Shown here: piece by piece, positions 38,650 to 51,243 of the stretch
Layout of the letters: every line of letters starts with the position of its first letter
Position numbering within the stretch: position 1 is the first letter of the stretch
Source of the DNA: Vitrella brassicaformis CCMP3155
Taxonomy: Eukaryota > Protista > Chromerida
DNA length: 64,000 nucleotides
Direction of reading: 5' to 3'
Assembly: GCA_001179505.1 (NCBI GenBank)
Contig: CDMY01000257.1
Coordinates: forward strand, 83,088-147,087
The notes under the pieces: generated by a model
Databases searched by the model: none
The model's input: only the letters and a program-made list of their open reading frames with translations
What the model was told of the DNA's origin: nothing
Position numbers and translations under genes: made by a program

Positions 38650-41600
38650 ATGAGTCAACGTCCTACGCCTCATTCGCTGAGATCCAGCAACCTCTTCTAC
38701 CCCGCCCGCACCATTGGCCTGGTGACCGACCGCATTCCCTTCCAGTACTCACAGATGGGCAACGACGCCTTCCTGGTGGTGAGCGTCGGGCGAGCATACC
38801 AGGTCATGGATGCCCGCAGGCTGCGGCTGGCCTACATCGGCCACCAGGGCGGCGACAAGATCAGGGCCATGTGTGCGGACAAGGAGACGGTGTTTGTGGC
38901 CGTCAAGCGGGACATCGTGGGCTACAGGCGGCTCAAGGAGGTGAGGAGGAGGGACTGGCTGGCAGATGGATGGATGGATAGATCAGCAGTGTGGATGCAC
39001 TCGCCGTGCTCTCCCTGTCTGTGTATTTCAAGGTCCATCGGTTTTCGGGTCACCGCAAGTCTGCCAGCGGTCTGCATCTGTTTGGCAGGACACTCATGTC
39101 CTGGAATGAGAATGAGCTCAAGTTCTGGGACCTTGACACAAGTACACGAGAGAGCAGAAAGAAGATGCCATCCGTCCTTCTGCTCATTGTACTCGTCTGT
39201 TTGTCCATTGTCTGCAGACGCTGAGGTTCCCTCCCCCGCCCTCCCCGCCGATTTCTCCATCTCGTGTCTGCTCCACCCGCCCACCTACCTCAACAAGGTC
39301 CTCATCGCATCCACCGCAGGCGACCTGCAGATCTGGAACACCCGCACCCTCGAGCTCATCCACCACCTGACATGCATCCCCACAGCAACCACCGGCACCC
39401 GCGACACTGTCACGTGTATGGTCACATCCCCTGCTTTCGACGTGGTGGGCGTCGGCTTTGCGTCTGGGCGGATCGTTGTGTGTGACATCCGGAAGGACGA
39501 GGTGCTGATTGAGTTCCGGCAGCAGCAGGGGGGCGTGACGTGTCTGGCGTTCCGATACGACGGCGTGGGAATGCTGGTCAGCGGGGCGACTGGGGGCGAG
39601 GTGGTGGTGTGGGACCTCGACAAGCAGCAGTTCCACAGCACCGAGGAGAATGCGCATGCGGGGAGGGTCGTGCAAGCGACGTTCTCGTCTGACGGGCCGT
39701 TCCTCTTCACACAAGGTGCGTGTCGGACAGGGGAAGGTGTGAATCTGTGTTGCTAGAGTGTATTTGGCTGCAGGTGAGGACAATTCGATCGTCAAGTGGG
39801 TGTTCGACCGGGCGGACGGCGGCATGCGGGAGGTCAAGGCGAGAAGGGGACACATCGGGGCCGTCCACCACCTGGCATTCTACGGTCAGCGACTATCCTA
39901 ACGCCCCTGGCGCATTCACCAATTTCATCCATTCGTGTGTATTGGTGTGTGTCATCCTGCAGATGACGAGGGCAAGGAGCTTCTGTCGTGCAGTACTTTC
40001 GACAACAAGGGCATACTCGGTAGGTAGCCGACGCACACACACATCACCGCACGAACACACACGAGATGTCTGTTTTGCTTATACCGTTCATTCAGGCAAG
40101 ACGTCGTTCATCCAGCAGCACCAGAACCTCCATTTCAGCCAGAAGGCCCTCAGGAAGCGGCACGACAAGTGGAGCCCGCCCCATCAGCACCTGCCGCCCA
40201 TCGTCGATGTGGCCTTTGCGTACTCACGGCACTTCGACTGGCCCAACGTCGCCACCGTCCACAAGGGTAGACCAGATCGGGGGCAGATCAGATCGTTCGT
40301 GTGCTGACAATGCGGTGTGGCTTCTTGCAGGTGAGCATGAAGTCTATCTGTGGAGCGGACACGACAAGACTCTCGTAAGTGATGGCGGACAGCACACAAA
40401 GCCATCCTCAGCCCACCTATCTCTCCCTCATGATCAGGTGCCGCGGACGCTCTCGCTTCGTCACGAGAAACAGCGGCCGCCCACCCTGCCCGCGGCCACA
40501 GCAGTGGCCATCAGTGGCTGCGGCAACTTCGCTGTCGTGGGCTACGAGGACGGCCAGATGCATCGCTATAACCTGCAGTCCAGCCTGCACCGTAACAGCT
40601 ACTTGCGGAAAGACAGTGACGTAAGCAGAGAGAATTATGTGCCGAATTGTGTGAGAGTATCGGTGGATGGGCATCTGTTGTTGTCTGTGCAGTGGTCGGA
40701 TCGGGCCCACCGGTCTCGCGTGAGCCACGTGGCCATCCTGCACTCGCAGACGCTGCTGTCAGCCTCCAACCATCCAAAGGTACCAACAGGGACAAAGCCA
40801 CCCAGTGGATCGATCTCCTGTGTCACCTCCCCGTCTCTCTCTGGCCTTCCAGGACATTTGCCTGTGTGTGTGGAGCCTCCACAGCCACCAGCTGGAGCAT
40901 GAGATCGCCATCCAGCCCACGACAGCACCGGCCGGCCCCGTCACCATGTTTCGCTGCATGGGGGTGCTCGCCGCTGTCGCACTCACGAGTGAGCGGGGGC
41001 GTTGAACACGTGGCAATGATATGGATCGGTCCATTCGGTGGTGTGTGTGTTGCTGTGTGTAGGTGGCGTGGTGTGTGTGGTGGACCTGCAGTCTGAGAGC
41101 GTTGTGAGAGAATTCGGAGGGCTCACAACCGTCACGGACCTGGCATTCAGGTGAGCGATGACAATGCAGCGTCCTCAGGCAATGGAGCACCGTTTGCCCA
41201 TGACGGTGTCTGTGATTCACTCAGTCCTGACGGTCGTTGGCTGGCGGTTGGTTGCATCGACAGCTGTCTGTACGTGTATGACCTGTTCGCCTCTTCCCTC
41301 ATCGACTGGGTGCGCTTCCAGTCGCCCCCACTCGCCGTGGTCTTCGAACCGAACGGGGTCTTCCTTCTCACATCACACACACACTCCAAAGGTGAGCTCG
41401 GCTCGGCTAGTGGGGCCAAGGAACGTCGCTGCTTCTGATGCGCCTGTCTGTCTGTCTGTCTGTCTCTGTCTGTCTGTCTCTGTTTGCAGGTGGGACCTTC
41501 GTGTGGGCCAACAAGCACGTCTTCGACCCCTACCTGCGCGCCCCCCTCCTCAGTGGCGTCCCCACACAGCCCATCGACATTGAGGAGCCCACCATCACCA

Positions 41601-42706
41601 AGCAGGTCGCTGACGATGAGGGAGAGGATCTGACCGAGGAGAAAGACGGGCAACAGGAGACAGATGGGGTGGAGCCGGCTCATGGCGACGAGGTCGAGAA
41701 TGGGGGTGTCGTGGAGCCTCTGCACGAGGGCGCTCTGACGCTGTCGGGCGTGCCGCAGGGAAAGCTCCAGGCCATCCTCTACCTCGAACAAATCAGAGAG
41801 AGGAACAAAGTGAGAGCAAACAGACACGGACAAGCAAGCATGGCTTAGTACTTCTGCACTCTTCTCCCTTCCTTTGCCCTTCTCAGCCCCGCGAGCCGCC
41901 CAAGCCTCCGCCGAAGGCCCCCTTCTTCCTGCCCACTCGCTACGAAGGCGTCGACCTCAAATTCGCCCCCCTGGCTGCCGACGAGGCACTCGTCGAGGAT
42001 GAGGAGGGAGGGGAAAGCGAGCGTGCTGAGCAACCAACTGCCAAGCGAGTGCGGCGGTCAGCGAGTGGGATGACGGCATTTCAGCGTCTCGTGAAGAAGG
42101 GCAAGTACGATGCGATGCTGAATGCGTTGAAGGGCATGACGCCCTCTGGGGTGCACGTGGCGTTGTCGCAACTGGGGCCGCTGGCAGGGGGGACGATCAA
42201 GGAAGTAAGGGAAGAGGGAGTGAGAGGGCAGTGAGTGCTGAGAAAATGGCACCGTTGTCGTCACGTGCAGATAATAAGTGTCTTGGGGTTCTTTGAGCAC
42301 TACCTCGATCGTCGTGATGAGGCCGACCTGATCCAGACGCTGCTGTACACCTTCCTACAGGTAGGAATGCCACACGCAGCGACGGGACAGATGGGAAAGA
42401 GGTAGGTCAGTCAGCTTGCCCGCTCTTTGTGTCAGTTTCACCACCACTGGCTGTTTGGTGACCCCGACCCCTCGACCGACCCGAGCGAACACGCCGCTCT
42501 CATCGACGCCGCCAGCCGTGTTGTCAGCCGACTTGACGATGACTGGAAGGTGCTGGACCACCAGTTCCAGCACCTGTTCTGCTCTATCAAACTCCTGACA
42601 CACCTGCAGGTGAGGTGATAAAAAAACTGGCTGGTCGGTGCATGTTTGAATGCGGCCTCTGTGTGTCTTGTATCTTGTGTCTGCATCTCTGCAGATGGAG
42701 ACTTAG
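38650..42706 (+). CDS. UTP21: U3 snoRNA-associated WD40 protein Utp21/WDR36 (UTP-B complex)
   Basis: SNLFYPARTIGLV...VPF-like start, HPPTYLNKVL, WD repeats, C-terminal PFFLPT, GVHVALSQL, FFEHYLDRRDEADLIQTLLYTFLQ|FHHHWL. Last mini-exon MET* at 42695-42706. Confidence 0.9.
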
Positions 42707-43056
42707 AGAGTGAGCATGGTGTATGTGTTTTGCGTTGTCAGGGGAACGGATCGTGTGCATAGAGCGTGACGCATAAGGGGTGTGGTGAAATCCGCCATTT
42801 GACGTACGATTGCAAGAAGCGCGACTTGGTCTACATGAGACACATTCATTCGTCAGATATATGAATCGGAATGGTACAATAAGCAATGAGCATGAGTCAG
42901 ACAGTCAAGTGGATAAGAAAACCGAAGCAGCAGCAGCAGCTCGCGCGAGCAGGGAGAGCCGTCGTCGTCTAGCGCAGCGTTTCCCGCGTCTGTGGCGGCA
43001 CAGAACGAGACGAATGGGGAATACGGAGGGAAAGAGGGAGAGGCCGAGGGGGGCTG

Positions 43057-43356
43057 NNNNNNNNNNNNNNNNNNNNNNNNNNNNNNNNNNNNNNNNNNNN
43101 NNNNNNNNNNNNNNNNNNNNNNNNNNNNNNNNNNNNNNNNNNNNNNNNNNNNNNNNNNNNNNNNNNNNNNNNNNNNNNNNNNNNNNNNNNNNNNNNNNNN
43201 NNNNNNNNNNNNNNNNNNNNNNNNNNNNNNNNNNNNNNNNNNNNNNNNNNNNNNNNNNNNNNNNNNNNNNNNNNNNNNNNNNNNNNNNNNNNNNNNNNNN
43301 NNNNNNNNNNNNNNNNNNNNNNNNNNNNNNNNNNNNNNNNNNNNNNNNNNNNNNNN
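43057..43356. other. Assembly gap (300 N)
   Basis: Run of N. Confidence 1.
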
Positions 43357-43505
43357 GACCACCAGTTCCAGCACCTGCTCTGCTCTATCAAACTCCTGAC
43401 ACACCTGCAGGTGACGTGACAGTAGACAAGATGGCGGGCGTGTCTGTGGATGCGGCCTTCTGTGTCTTCTATCGTGTATCTGCATCTCTGCAGATGGAGA
43501 CTTAG
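43357..43505 (+). pseudogene. Duplicated 3' end of UTP21 (fragment, abuts gap)
   Basis: DHQFQHLLCSIKLLTHLQ|MET*. Highly similar to 42557-42706 and near-identical to 44897-45045. Confidence 0.75.
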
Positions 43506-43872
43506 AGAGCGTGTATGTGCTTTGCGTCGTCATGAAGATAGGTCGTGTGCATAGGACGTGACACATAAGGTATGGAAGTGAGCATTTCGAGTCTGCGGTT
43601 GTCAAACTCTCTACCAAAAAGTAAGTAAAAAGTCAGTGAGTGACGACGCCATTAAGACAGCACGACAAGAAAGGGCCATCGACCAATTACCCCAGACAGA
43701 CCAGACAGCACATCCATGGGCACAAGCGAGTCGCCCGTGCCGCAGAGGCAGCCTGGCAGGGCTTCCTTCTCCCGTCACAGCTACATCATCGCATCCCCAC
43801 ACTACACACACACTGACACTCCCTGGCTTCCGCCATCCCACTCGTTGGCCCCACCTCGCTTGAGGTGTGCCA

Positions 43873-44157
43873 TCAGCAGTTGAGGAGGCAGTCATCCTCA
43901 CATATCTCCCTCTCTTCGCTGTCTTCCTCATACAAGAGCTCGCAATCCTCGTAGCAGCAGCACTCTCTATCCGGATCATCGAAACAGTCCTGCACACGAC
44001 AAGGTGATGGACACGCTCAACCCATGGCGCTCAATTGACGAAAATCCTCTTCTGTGAGCGTCCTTACAACTTGCTCCGGCGAAGCTCTTCCAAGCGCAGG
44101 GGGCACGTGTGCTGCCAGGAGAGCCACAAGGGCAACGACGAACCACAGGAACCTCAT
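43873..44157 (-). CDS. Small secreted acidic Cys-rich peptide, copy 1 (68 aa, 8 Cys)
   Basis: Exon 1 44157-44068 MRFLWFVVALVALLAAHVPPALGRASPEQV; intron GTAAGG...GTGCAG (44067-43990); exon 2 43989-43873 DCFDDPDRECCCYEDCELLYEEDSEEREICEDDCLLNC*. Confidence 0.85.
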
Positions 44158-44258
44158 ACTTGTGAAGTGACAGCCAGCCACCAGATGCACACTGTAGAAT
44201 TCAGCTTGTAAACACACTGACGGCCGTTGGGACGTATTCGCACTTTGCAGTTTTCTGT

Positions 44259-44372
44259 ATGCTTCCGTGGTTTCCTGCGACTGTGTTGGTCATCTTGCTG
44301 AGTCAATGGGAGAGGAGGGGTGCTGTGGCTCAGTTCACGACGGCCTGCCTGAGCAACAACAACAGAACAGAC
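44259..44372 (+). pseudogene. Truncated first exon of the large secreted protein, fused out of frame to UTP21-derived DNA
   Basis: MLPWFPATVLVILLSQWERRGAVAQFTTACLSNNNRTD matches 45805 onward, then switches at about 44373-44381 to sequence matching UTP21 at about 42045. Confidence 0.75.
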
Positions 44373-44380
44373 CACTGTCT

Positions 44381-45045
44381 AGCGAGTGCGGCGGTCAGCG
44401 AGTGGGATGACGGCATTTCAGCGTCTCGTGAAGAAGGGCAAGTACGATGCGATGCTGAATGCGTTGAAGGGCATGACGCCCTCAAGGATTCACGTGGCGT
44501 TGTCGCGACTGGGGCCGCTGGCAGGAGGAACGATCAAGGAAGTAAGAAGAGAGAGAGAGAGTGAGAGGGCAGTGAGTGCGAGGAAACGCCACCGTTGTCG
44601 TCACGTGCAGATAATAAGTGTCTTGGGGGTTCTTTGAGCACTACCTCGATCGTCGTGATGAGGCCGACTTGATCCAGACGCTGCTGTACACCTTCCTACA
44701 GGTGAGAATGCCACACGCAGCGACCTGACAGATGGAAAAGAGGTTGGTCAGTCAGCTTGCCCGCTATTTGTGTCAGTTTCACCACCACTGGCTGTTTGGT
44801 GACCCCGACCCCTAGACCGACCCGAGCGAACACGCCGCTCTCGTCGACGTCGCCAGCCGTGTTGTCAGCCGAGTTGACGATGACTGGAAGGTGCTGGACC
44901 ACCAGTTCCAGCACCTGCTCTGCTCTATCAAACTCCTGACACACCTGCAGGTGACGTGACAGTAGACAAGATGGCGGGCGTGTCTGTGGATGCGGCCTTC
45001 TGTGTCTTCTATCGTGTATCTGCATCTCTGCAGATGGAGACTTAG
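44381..45045 (+). pseudogene. Duplicated 3' exons of UTP21 with a frameshift
   Basis: Aligns to 42045-42706. An extra G in TTGGGGGTT (vs TTGGGGTT) turns IISVLGFFEHY into IISVLGVL*. No 5' part present. Confidence 0.85.
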
Positions 45046-45405
45046 AGAGCGTGTATGTGCTTTGCGTCGTCATGAAGATAGGTCGTGTGCATAGGACGTG
45101 ACACATAAGGCATGGAAGTGAGCATTTCGAGTCTGCGGTTGTCAAACTCTCTACCAAAAAGTAAGTAAAAAAGTCAGTGACGACGCCATTAAGACAGCAC
45201 GACAAGAAAGGGCCATCGACCAATTACCCCAGACAGACCAGACAGCACATCCATGGGCACAAGCGAGTCGCCCGTACCGCAGAGGCAGCCTGGCAGGGCT
45301 TCCTTCTCACTTCACAGCTACATCATCGCATCCTAACACTACACACTGACACTCCCTGGCTTCCGCCATCCCACTAGTTGGCCCCACCTCGCTTGAGGTG
45401 TGCCA

Positions 45406-45696
45406 TCAGCAGTTGAGGAGGCAGTCATCCTCACATATCTCCCTCTCTGGGCTGTCTTCATCATACAAGAGCTCGCAATCCTCGTAGCAACAGCACTCTC
45501 TGTCCGGATCATCGAAACAACATATGTCCCCGTTCTCATCGATGCAGTCCTGCACACGACAAATTGATGTACACGCTCAACGACAACCCTCTTCTGTGAG
45601 AGTGCTTACTTGCTCCGGCGAATTATTTCCAAGCGCAGGGGGCACGTGTGCTGCCAGGAGAGCCACAAGGGCAACGACGAACCACAGGAACCTCAT
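45406..45696 (-). CDS. Small secreted acidic Cys-rich peptide, copy 2 (76 aa, 10 Cys)
   Basis: Exon 1 45696-45610 MRFLWFVVALVALLAAHVPPALGNNSPEQ; intron GTAAGC...GTGCAG (45609-45550); exon 2 45549-45406 DCIDENGDICCFDDPDRECCCYEDCELLYDEDSPEREICEDDCLLNC*. Confidence 0.88.
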
Positions 45697-45804
45697 ACTT
45701 GTGAAGTGACAGCCAGCCACCAGATGCACGCTGTAGAATTCAGCTTGTAAACACACTGACGGCGACCGTTGCGAATTTAGCATTGCTGAATTGCAGTTTT
45801 CTGT

Positions 45805-48800
45805 ATGCTTCCGTGGTTTTCTGCGACTGTGTTGGTCATCTTGCTGAGTCAATGGGCGAGGAGGGGTGCTGTGGCTCAGTTCACGACGGCCTGTCTGAGC
45901 AACAACAACAGAACAGACGATGACGGACAGCCGACAGAAACAAACGCAGACTGCCAGCCGGGTAAGCAAGGAAGAACACGCCATCATGCAGGCTCGTTCT
46001 GTTTCTGATCTTCTTCAGCCGTCCTCCCGCGCGGTGAGATCGCCGCGGCGTGCGAGGCCAATGCGCTGCTGCCCATTGTCGACGACCCCGACCTCGGCAA
46101 CTTCGGCCAGTGCTTCTTTGAGAATACCACAAGAAGACTACTCAAGGAGCAACAGACAGATGCCCTGACCACCGATGAGGAGACCGCCGGCGACGTGAGC
46201 GCATCAGGAGAGAATCAGTCCATTATCTGTGGAGAGCCCAGTGTCGTGGAAGATGGCAATATCACGGCGGCGGCCCTCGGCACTGCGGCACTGGGAAGGT
46301 ACGCATTGCTCGTCTAATGTGATGGCACCATCATTCTTTCGCGCGCCTGTCTGTCAGTTGCCCGTCGGACAAGCCCATCTGCGCTCGCACGAGCGACTCC
46401 CGCTTCTGCTACTGCATCGAGGAGGAAGTGGGTCTGTTCGGCGACGTCGCGAACTTCTCGCGCGGCGATGTCAGCCTCGTGCTGGGCGTCGTCAGCGGCC
46501 AGCCATCGTCTCTGTGTTTCCCGGCCGAGCTGGATCCGTGCTTCAATGCAGTCAACCGCTTCGCCGTGCCCTTCGACTGTGCGGGCAGCCTGCCCGTCGT
46601 CGAGAGAAGGGAAGACATTGGGCCCGATGCAAGAGAGCAGAGCTTCATGCCGAACGACCCGCCTCCCGTGCCACAAGAATCGACGTTCGCCCAGCTGGTG
46701 CCCGGCACTTACCTGTTCGAAGACGTGAGCTCTGACGCCTACCTCGACACCATCGGCAACACGGGCACCAATGTGTCGAGCTGCATGAGGATTCAGGGCA
46801 AGAGTGACGATGATAGTGGGCTCGATGATTTTTTCCTCGACCTGTCATGCAACACGACAGAGGGCGTCAGCATCACTCTCCAGTTCACCTGCCCCGAGAC
46901 CGGCCTCTGCTCGAATCGAGCCGGAAACGCCCTCCAGCCTGCAGTCGCCACCATCCAGGGCGTGCTGCAGGTCGAGCAGGCCAGCAATCCGGCGTGCGAA
47001 GGGATTGAGGCGCAGATCGAGGTCACCTTGACGGGCTTTGTGGACGAATCGGAGTCTCTCATCGCTCAGCAATTCGAGTACGACACGAACCAGCGCATTC
47101 TGATCTTCGGCAACGAGACACAGGACGATCTTGTCACTGCACGCGCGATCGGCATTCTCTCGCCCGCGGCCAACACGAGTCTCGGCCTCTTGACGTTCCC
47201 CGATGATGTGCCTGACGAATGTGATGTCCTGCTCAACCAGCGAGTGTTCACAGTGACGTCGGGGCAGACTGAGGCGGGCGGCATCCTTGCACTGGCTGCC
47301 TCCGGATTTGGAAGGAACCTGACGAATGGCGGAGATATCCGAAAGGTATGTTCATTCTTGCTAAGATCGCCACACACGTGTGATGTGTGTGTGTGTGTGT
47401 GTTTCTGTGTTTTCGCATCCTCAGAACCCGTTGGAGATCAGTCAATATGCTGTCGAGAATCGAGATGCCTTCCGGGAGTGCAGTGATCTTTGCGACGAAG
47501 TGGAAGAGGAAAGGAGTTTCGTTTTTCTCGGCCCCGACCGGCGCCGTGCCCTTCTAGGAGAAGTTCTGCCGACTATCTTCTTTCCCATCTACCAGCCGGA
47601 GCAGTCGCCAGACCTGTCGTTCAGCAGTTTCTTCATTGGGGACTCTTTCTTTACAGAAACGACCCTCAAAACCACAGCGTGCTCGGGCGACGAGCGATTC
47701 AATAGGAGTACCAAAAAGGTATCTGCTTTGTGCGCTGAGGCTCTGGACCCTGAGAGGCCCCGATCGTTTGAGCTGTTTGACCCCGAGACAGGCGTGTCGC
47801 TTGATTTTTTTCTGAAGGGCCAACTTGGCAATTTGATCGATGGGAGAGAAGGTACATGTACCAAGCAGCCAGTCGGCCGCCTGACAAGGATGTTTGCATC
47901 TTTTGGTCTCTTGTCGATTGTGTATTGAGCAGTCTTAGCCAATTGCCGAGGGCCGAGGCTGCAAGACCTTCCTGTTGGTGTGCACCCCGGCAGAAACGCG
48001 CCTTTCAGAAGTCAGATTTTGAACTTCGGACGTGGCTTCGACCTTATTGGCGAGACTGTGGGCGTCGCCCTCGCACCAGGCGCTGGAGTCCTCGGAAACG
48101 ATACGTGTGTCAGGGCCAATCTGGAAGGGAGACATACTTGTGCGGATATTGAGGAAGGAGGCGGGCAGAGTCTCAATATTACCATCCAGCTGCTGCAAGG
48201 GGACGATCTTGACACGTCGAGGTGCATTGGGCCAGCGCAAGAACTCCTGGAGAACGCCCGATTGTGTAAGATCGGGTTCGAATGCTGTAAGCAATCAGAA
48301 CAAGTCACAGCTCGCTCCCTGTCGCTTTCAGCCTGTCCATCATGTTGTTGCTTTGTCGTATCTTGTGCTCGTGTCAGTTGAGGCCTGTCCTGAAGTCAAC
48401 TTGACCGCCCCATCTACCGCCCAGCCATCAAGCTATTTTCTGACTGACCCTCCTGCGGAAGATGTCAATGGCACAGATGTCAGCTACTGCCTCGAGATAG
48501 AAAACACTCCAGGTGCAGAGGACTTCCGAGCCCTTTTCAGCTGCGACCCGGACGAGGAGGGGGTTGGTTTGCAAGTGCAGATCAAGTATGACGTTGCTGA
48601 GCTGGATGGACGCGTAGCGCCGATACTCGACGAAACGACAGGGGAGCTGGAGACAGTGGACTTTGCAAATGTGGACTTTAAGGGCGCAGTGAGGCAGGTG
48701 TTTCCCGAAGAGTGCAATGGCACGTTGATGTTTGTTGAAGGTGCGCACACACATATACACGGCAGACAGAGAGACAGATAGACAGACAGGCAGCCAGACA

Positions 48801-50008
48801 GACAGACAGACAGACGGACGGACGGGGAGACGAACGGGCAGGCAGTTAGGTAGGCAGACATGCAGAGAGATGCTCAGCCACTCGGCGACTTGGGATATTC
48901 GGTTGTTGCTGTCGTGTTCTCCTCATGCAGGCACTCTTGTTGGCGGCCTTCTTTTTCAACTGAGCCCTGACGAAGAGCCCCTTGATGGCAGGTACCTCCC
49001 CACCGTTACGCGCTTCGAAAAGGCTCCTGAGATACTCTTCACGAGTAGCGCACCGTTGGGCACCATGGAGTATGTAATTGTTCAAGGCCTGGATCCCAGG
49101 TTCGTCGACGATATCCCGGCCGAGTGCTTCAATCTCACGCAGAAGCTCACTCACATAAAGAGGGCGAGGGTTGAATCTATCGACGACCCGACAGCATTCG
49201 CCTTTAATGTGCCTGGAGTAGAGGTCCATGAACTGACAGATGAGGGCGAGACAGCGGGTGTGTTGGAGGTCGTCACTCGCTCTCCAAGAATCCGTGTATA
49301 CGAGGAGCAGAGGGAAGAAGGGACGGTGCCGAACAGCTTCTTGTCAGAGATTAGGGGGCCTCTGCGTGAAGTCTGTGGAATCAAGGAGATAGGTGCGCAG
49401 AACGTGCATGGATGTCGACACGTATATTCACTGATGTTGCGTTTGCCCTCTGATCCAGACTCTACTGGCATTGCTGTCCAAATCCAATGCCTCCCTCGCG
49501 AGCCCTTCGAGGTGACCGCTGGCGAGCCTGGCCTGAGGCTTACAAGAGAGCAAATCGAGTAACACACGATTTAAAGGGAGAAGAAATCCACAGGGCCTTT
49601 ACTGTGTTGATGTGTGTCTTCAAGTTCTATTGCCCAAGTTGTGACAAACGATGGTAGCACGCCCAGGCTCCAATCGCCGGCCGGCTACAGGCTCAACTGC
49701 TCATGCGACGACCTCGAGCGCATCAAGAATGAGACCAATGGCGGCGACGGGTTCATTGTGCGGACGGTTCCGTTGTTTGTCGACACTGGTGTTGAGGAAG
49801 AAGAGGTGGAGCAGCTCTGCCCTGTGCTTATCAGATGCGGTACGGCGGCAAGAGAGAAAGACAATGGGATGTCTCAATCGATTCGATTCGGTTTTCTCTA
49901 TCAGAGCCGCCAACTGGGACAGACACGGCGGGCTGCGATGCGATTGACCAGGAGATGTCATCGGTGTCGAGTCGCGATGCGCTGTCTCTTGTCAAGACTC
50001 GTCCCTGA
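45805..50008 (+). CDS. Large secreted acidic Cys-containing glycoprotein, copy A (about 10 exons, roughly 1,100 aa), unknown family
   Basis: Signal peptide MLPWFSATVLVILLSQWARRGAVA. Canonical introns keep the frame (first 45962-46018). Many N-x-S/T sequons and an RRLL motif. Ends ...VLIRC|EPPTGTDTAGCDAIDQEMSSVSSRDALSLVKTRP*. Collinear paralogue at 54117. Confidence 0.8.
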
Positions 50009-50043
50009 CTGGCTGTGGCCGGGTGGACAGGTGGACTCACATG

Positions 50044-50343
50044 NNNNNNNNNNNNNNNNNNNNNNNNNNNNNNNNNNNNNNNNNNNNNNNNNNNNNNNNN
50101 NNNNNNNNNNNNNNNNNNNNNNNNNNNNNNNNNNNNNNNNNNNNNNNNNNNNNNNNNNNNNNNNNNNNNNNNNNNNNNNNNNNNNNNNNNNNNNNNNNNN
50201 NNNNNNNNNNNNNNNNNNNNNNNNNNNNNNNNNNNNNNNNNNNNNNNNNNNNNNNNNNNNNNNNNNNNNNNNNNNNNNNNNNNNNNNNNNNNNNNNNNNN
50301 NNNNNNNNNNNNNNNNNNNNNNNNNNNNNNNNNNNNNNNNNNN
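50044..50343. other. Assembly gap (300 N)
   Basis: Run of N. Confidence 1.
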
Positions 50344-51243
50344 TGTAATTGTTCAAGGCCTGGATCCCAGCCTCGTCGAGGACATTCCGGAGGAGTGCTT
50401 CAATCTGACGCAAAAGCTGATTCATAGGAAGAGGGCCAGGACAACTGTGCAAGAGGACGGCGACGTCAGGACAGCATTCGCCTTTAATGTGCCTCAAGTG
50501 GAGGTCCATGAGCTCACAGATGAGGGCGAGCCAACGGGTGTGTTGGAGGTCGTCACTCGCTCTCCAAGAATCCGTGTATACGAGGAGCAGAGGGAAGAAG
50601 GGACGGTGCCGAACAGCTTCTTGTCAGAGATTAGGGGGCCTCTGCGTGAAGTCTGTGAAATCAAGGAGATAGGTGCGCAGAACGTGCATGGATGTCGACA
50701 CGTATATTCACTGATGTTGCGTTTGCCTTCTGATCCAGACTCTACTGGCATTGCTGTCCAAATCCAATGCCTCCCTCGCGAGCCCTTCGAGGTGACCGCT
50801 GGCGAGCCTGGCCTGAGGCTTACAAGAGAGCAAATCGAGTAACACACGATTTAAAGGGAGAAGAAATCCACAGGGCCTTTACTGTGTTGATGTGTGTCTT
50901 CAAGTTCTATTGCCCAAGTTGTGACCAACGATGGCAGCACGCCCAGGCTCCAATCGCCGGCCGGCTACAGGCTCAACTGCTCATGCGACGACCTCGAGCG
51001 CATCAAGAATGAGACCAATGGCGGCGACGGGTTCATTGTGCGGACGGTTCCGTTGTTTGTCGACACTGGTGTTGAGGAAGAAGAGGTGGAGCAGCTCTGC
51101 CCTGTGCTTATCAGATGCGGTACGGCGGCAAGAGAGAAAGACAATGGGATGTCTCAATCGATTCGATTCGGTTTTCTCTATCAGAGCCGCCAACTGGGAC
51201 AGACACGGCGGGCTGCGATGCGATTGATCATCCGTATTACTGA
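50344..51243 (+). CDS. 3' part of a third paralogue (copy C) of the large secreted protein, 5' end in gap
   Basis: VIVQGLDPSLVEDIPEECFNLTQKLIHRKRARTTVQEDGD differs from copies A and B, then becomes near-identical to A. Distinct last exon EPPTGTDTAGCDAIDHPYY*. Confidence 0.65.

Larger units (their letters stand above)
43357..45915. repeat. About 1.54 kb tandem duplication (43357-44372 vs 44897-~45915)
   Basis: Collinear near-identical sequence at an offset of about 1540 bp. It covers the UTP21 3' end, the intergenic DNA, the peptide gene and the start of the large gene. Confidence 0.9.

Noticed and set aside
44017-44217. Unspliced ORF MRFLWF...EDFRQLSAMG as the product
   Set aside because: A strong donor, a conserved acceptor and a conserved Cys-rich second exon in all three copies indicate splicing.
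44259-44564. Chimeric ORF: signal peptide plus UTP21-derived sequence as a new gene
   Set aside because: The UTP21 part is read out of frame and stops soon. It is best explained as a duplication junction.
43873-45696. Cys-rich peptides as metallothioneins
   Set aside because: They have signal peptides, aromatic residues and even Cys counts, which favours disulfide-bonded secreted peptides. Metal binding is not excluded.
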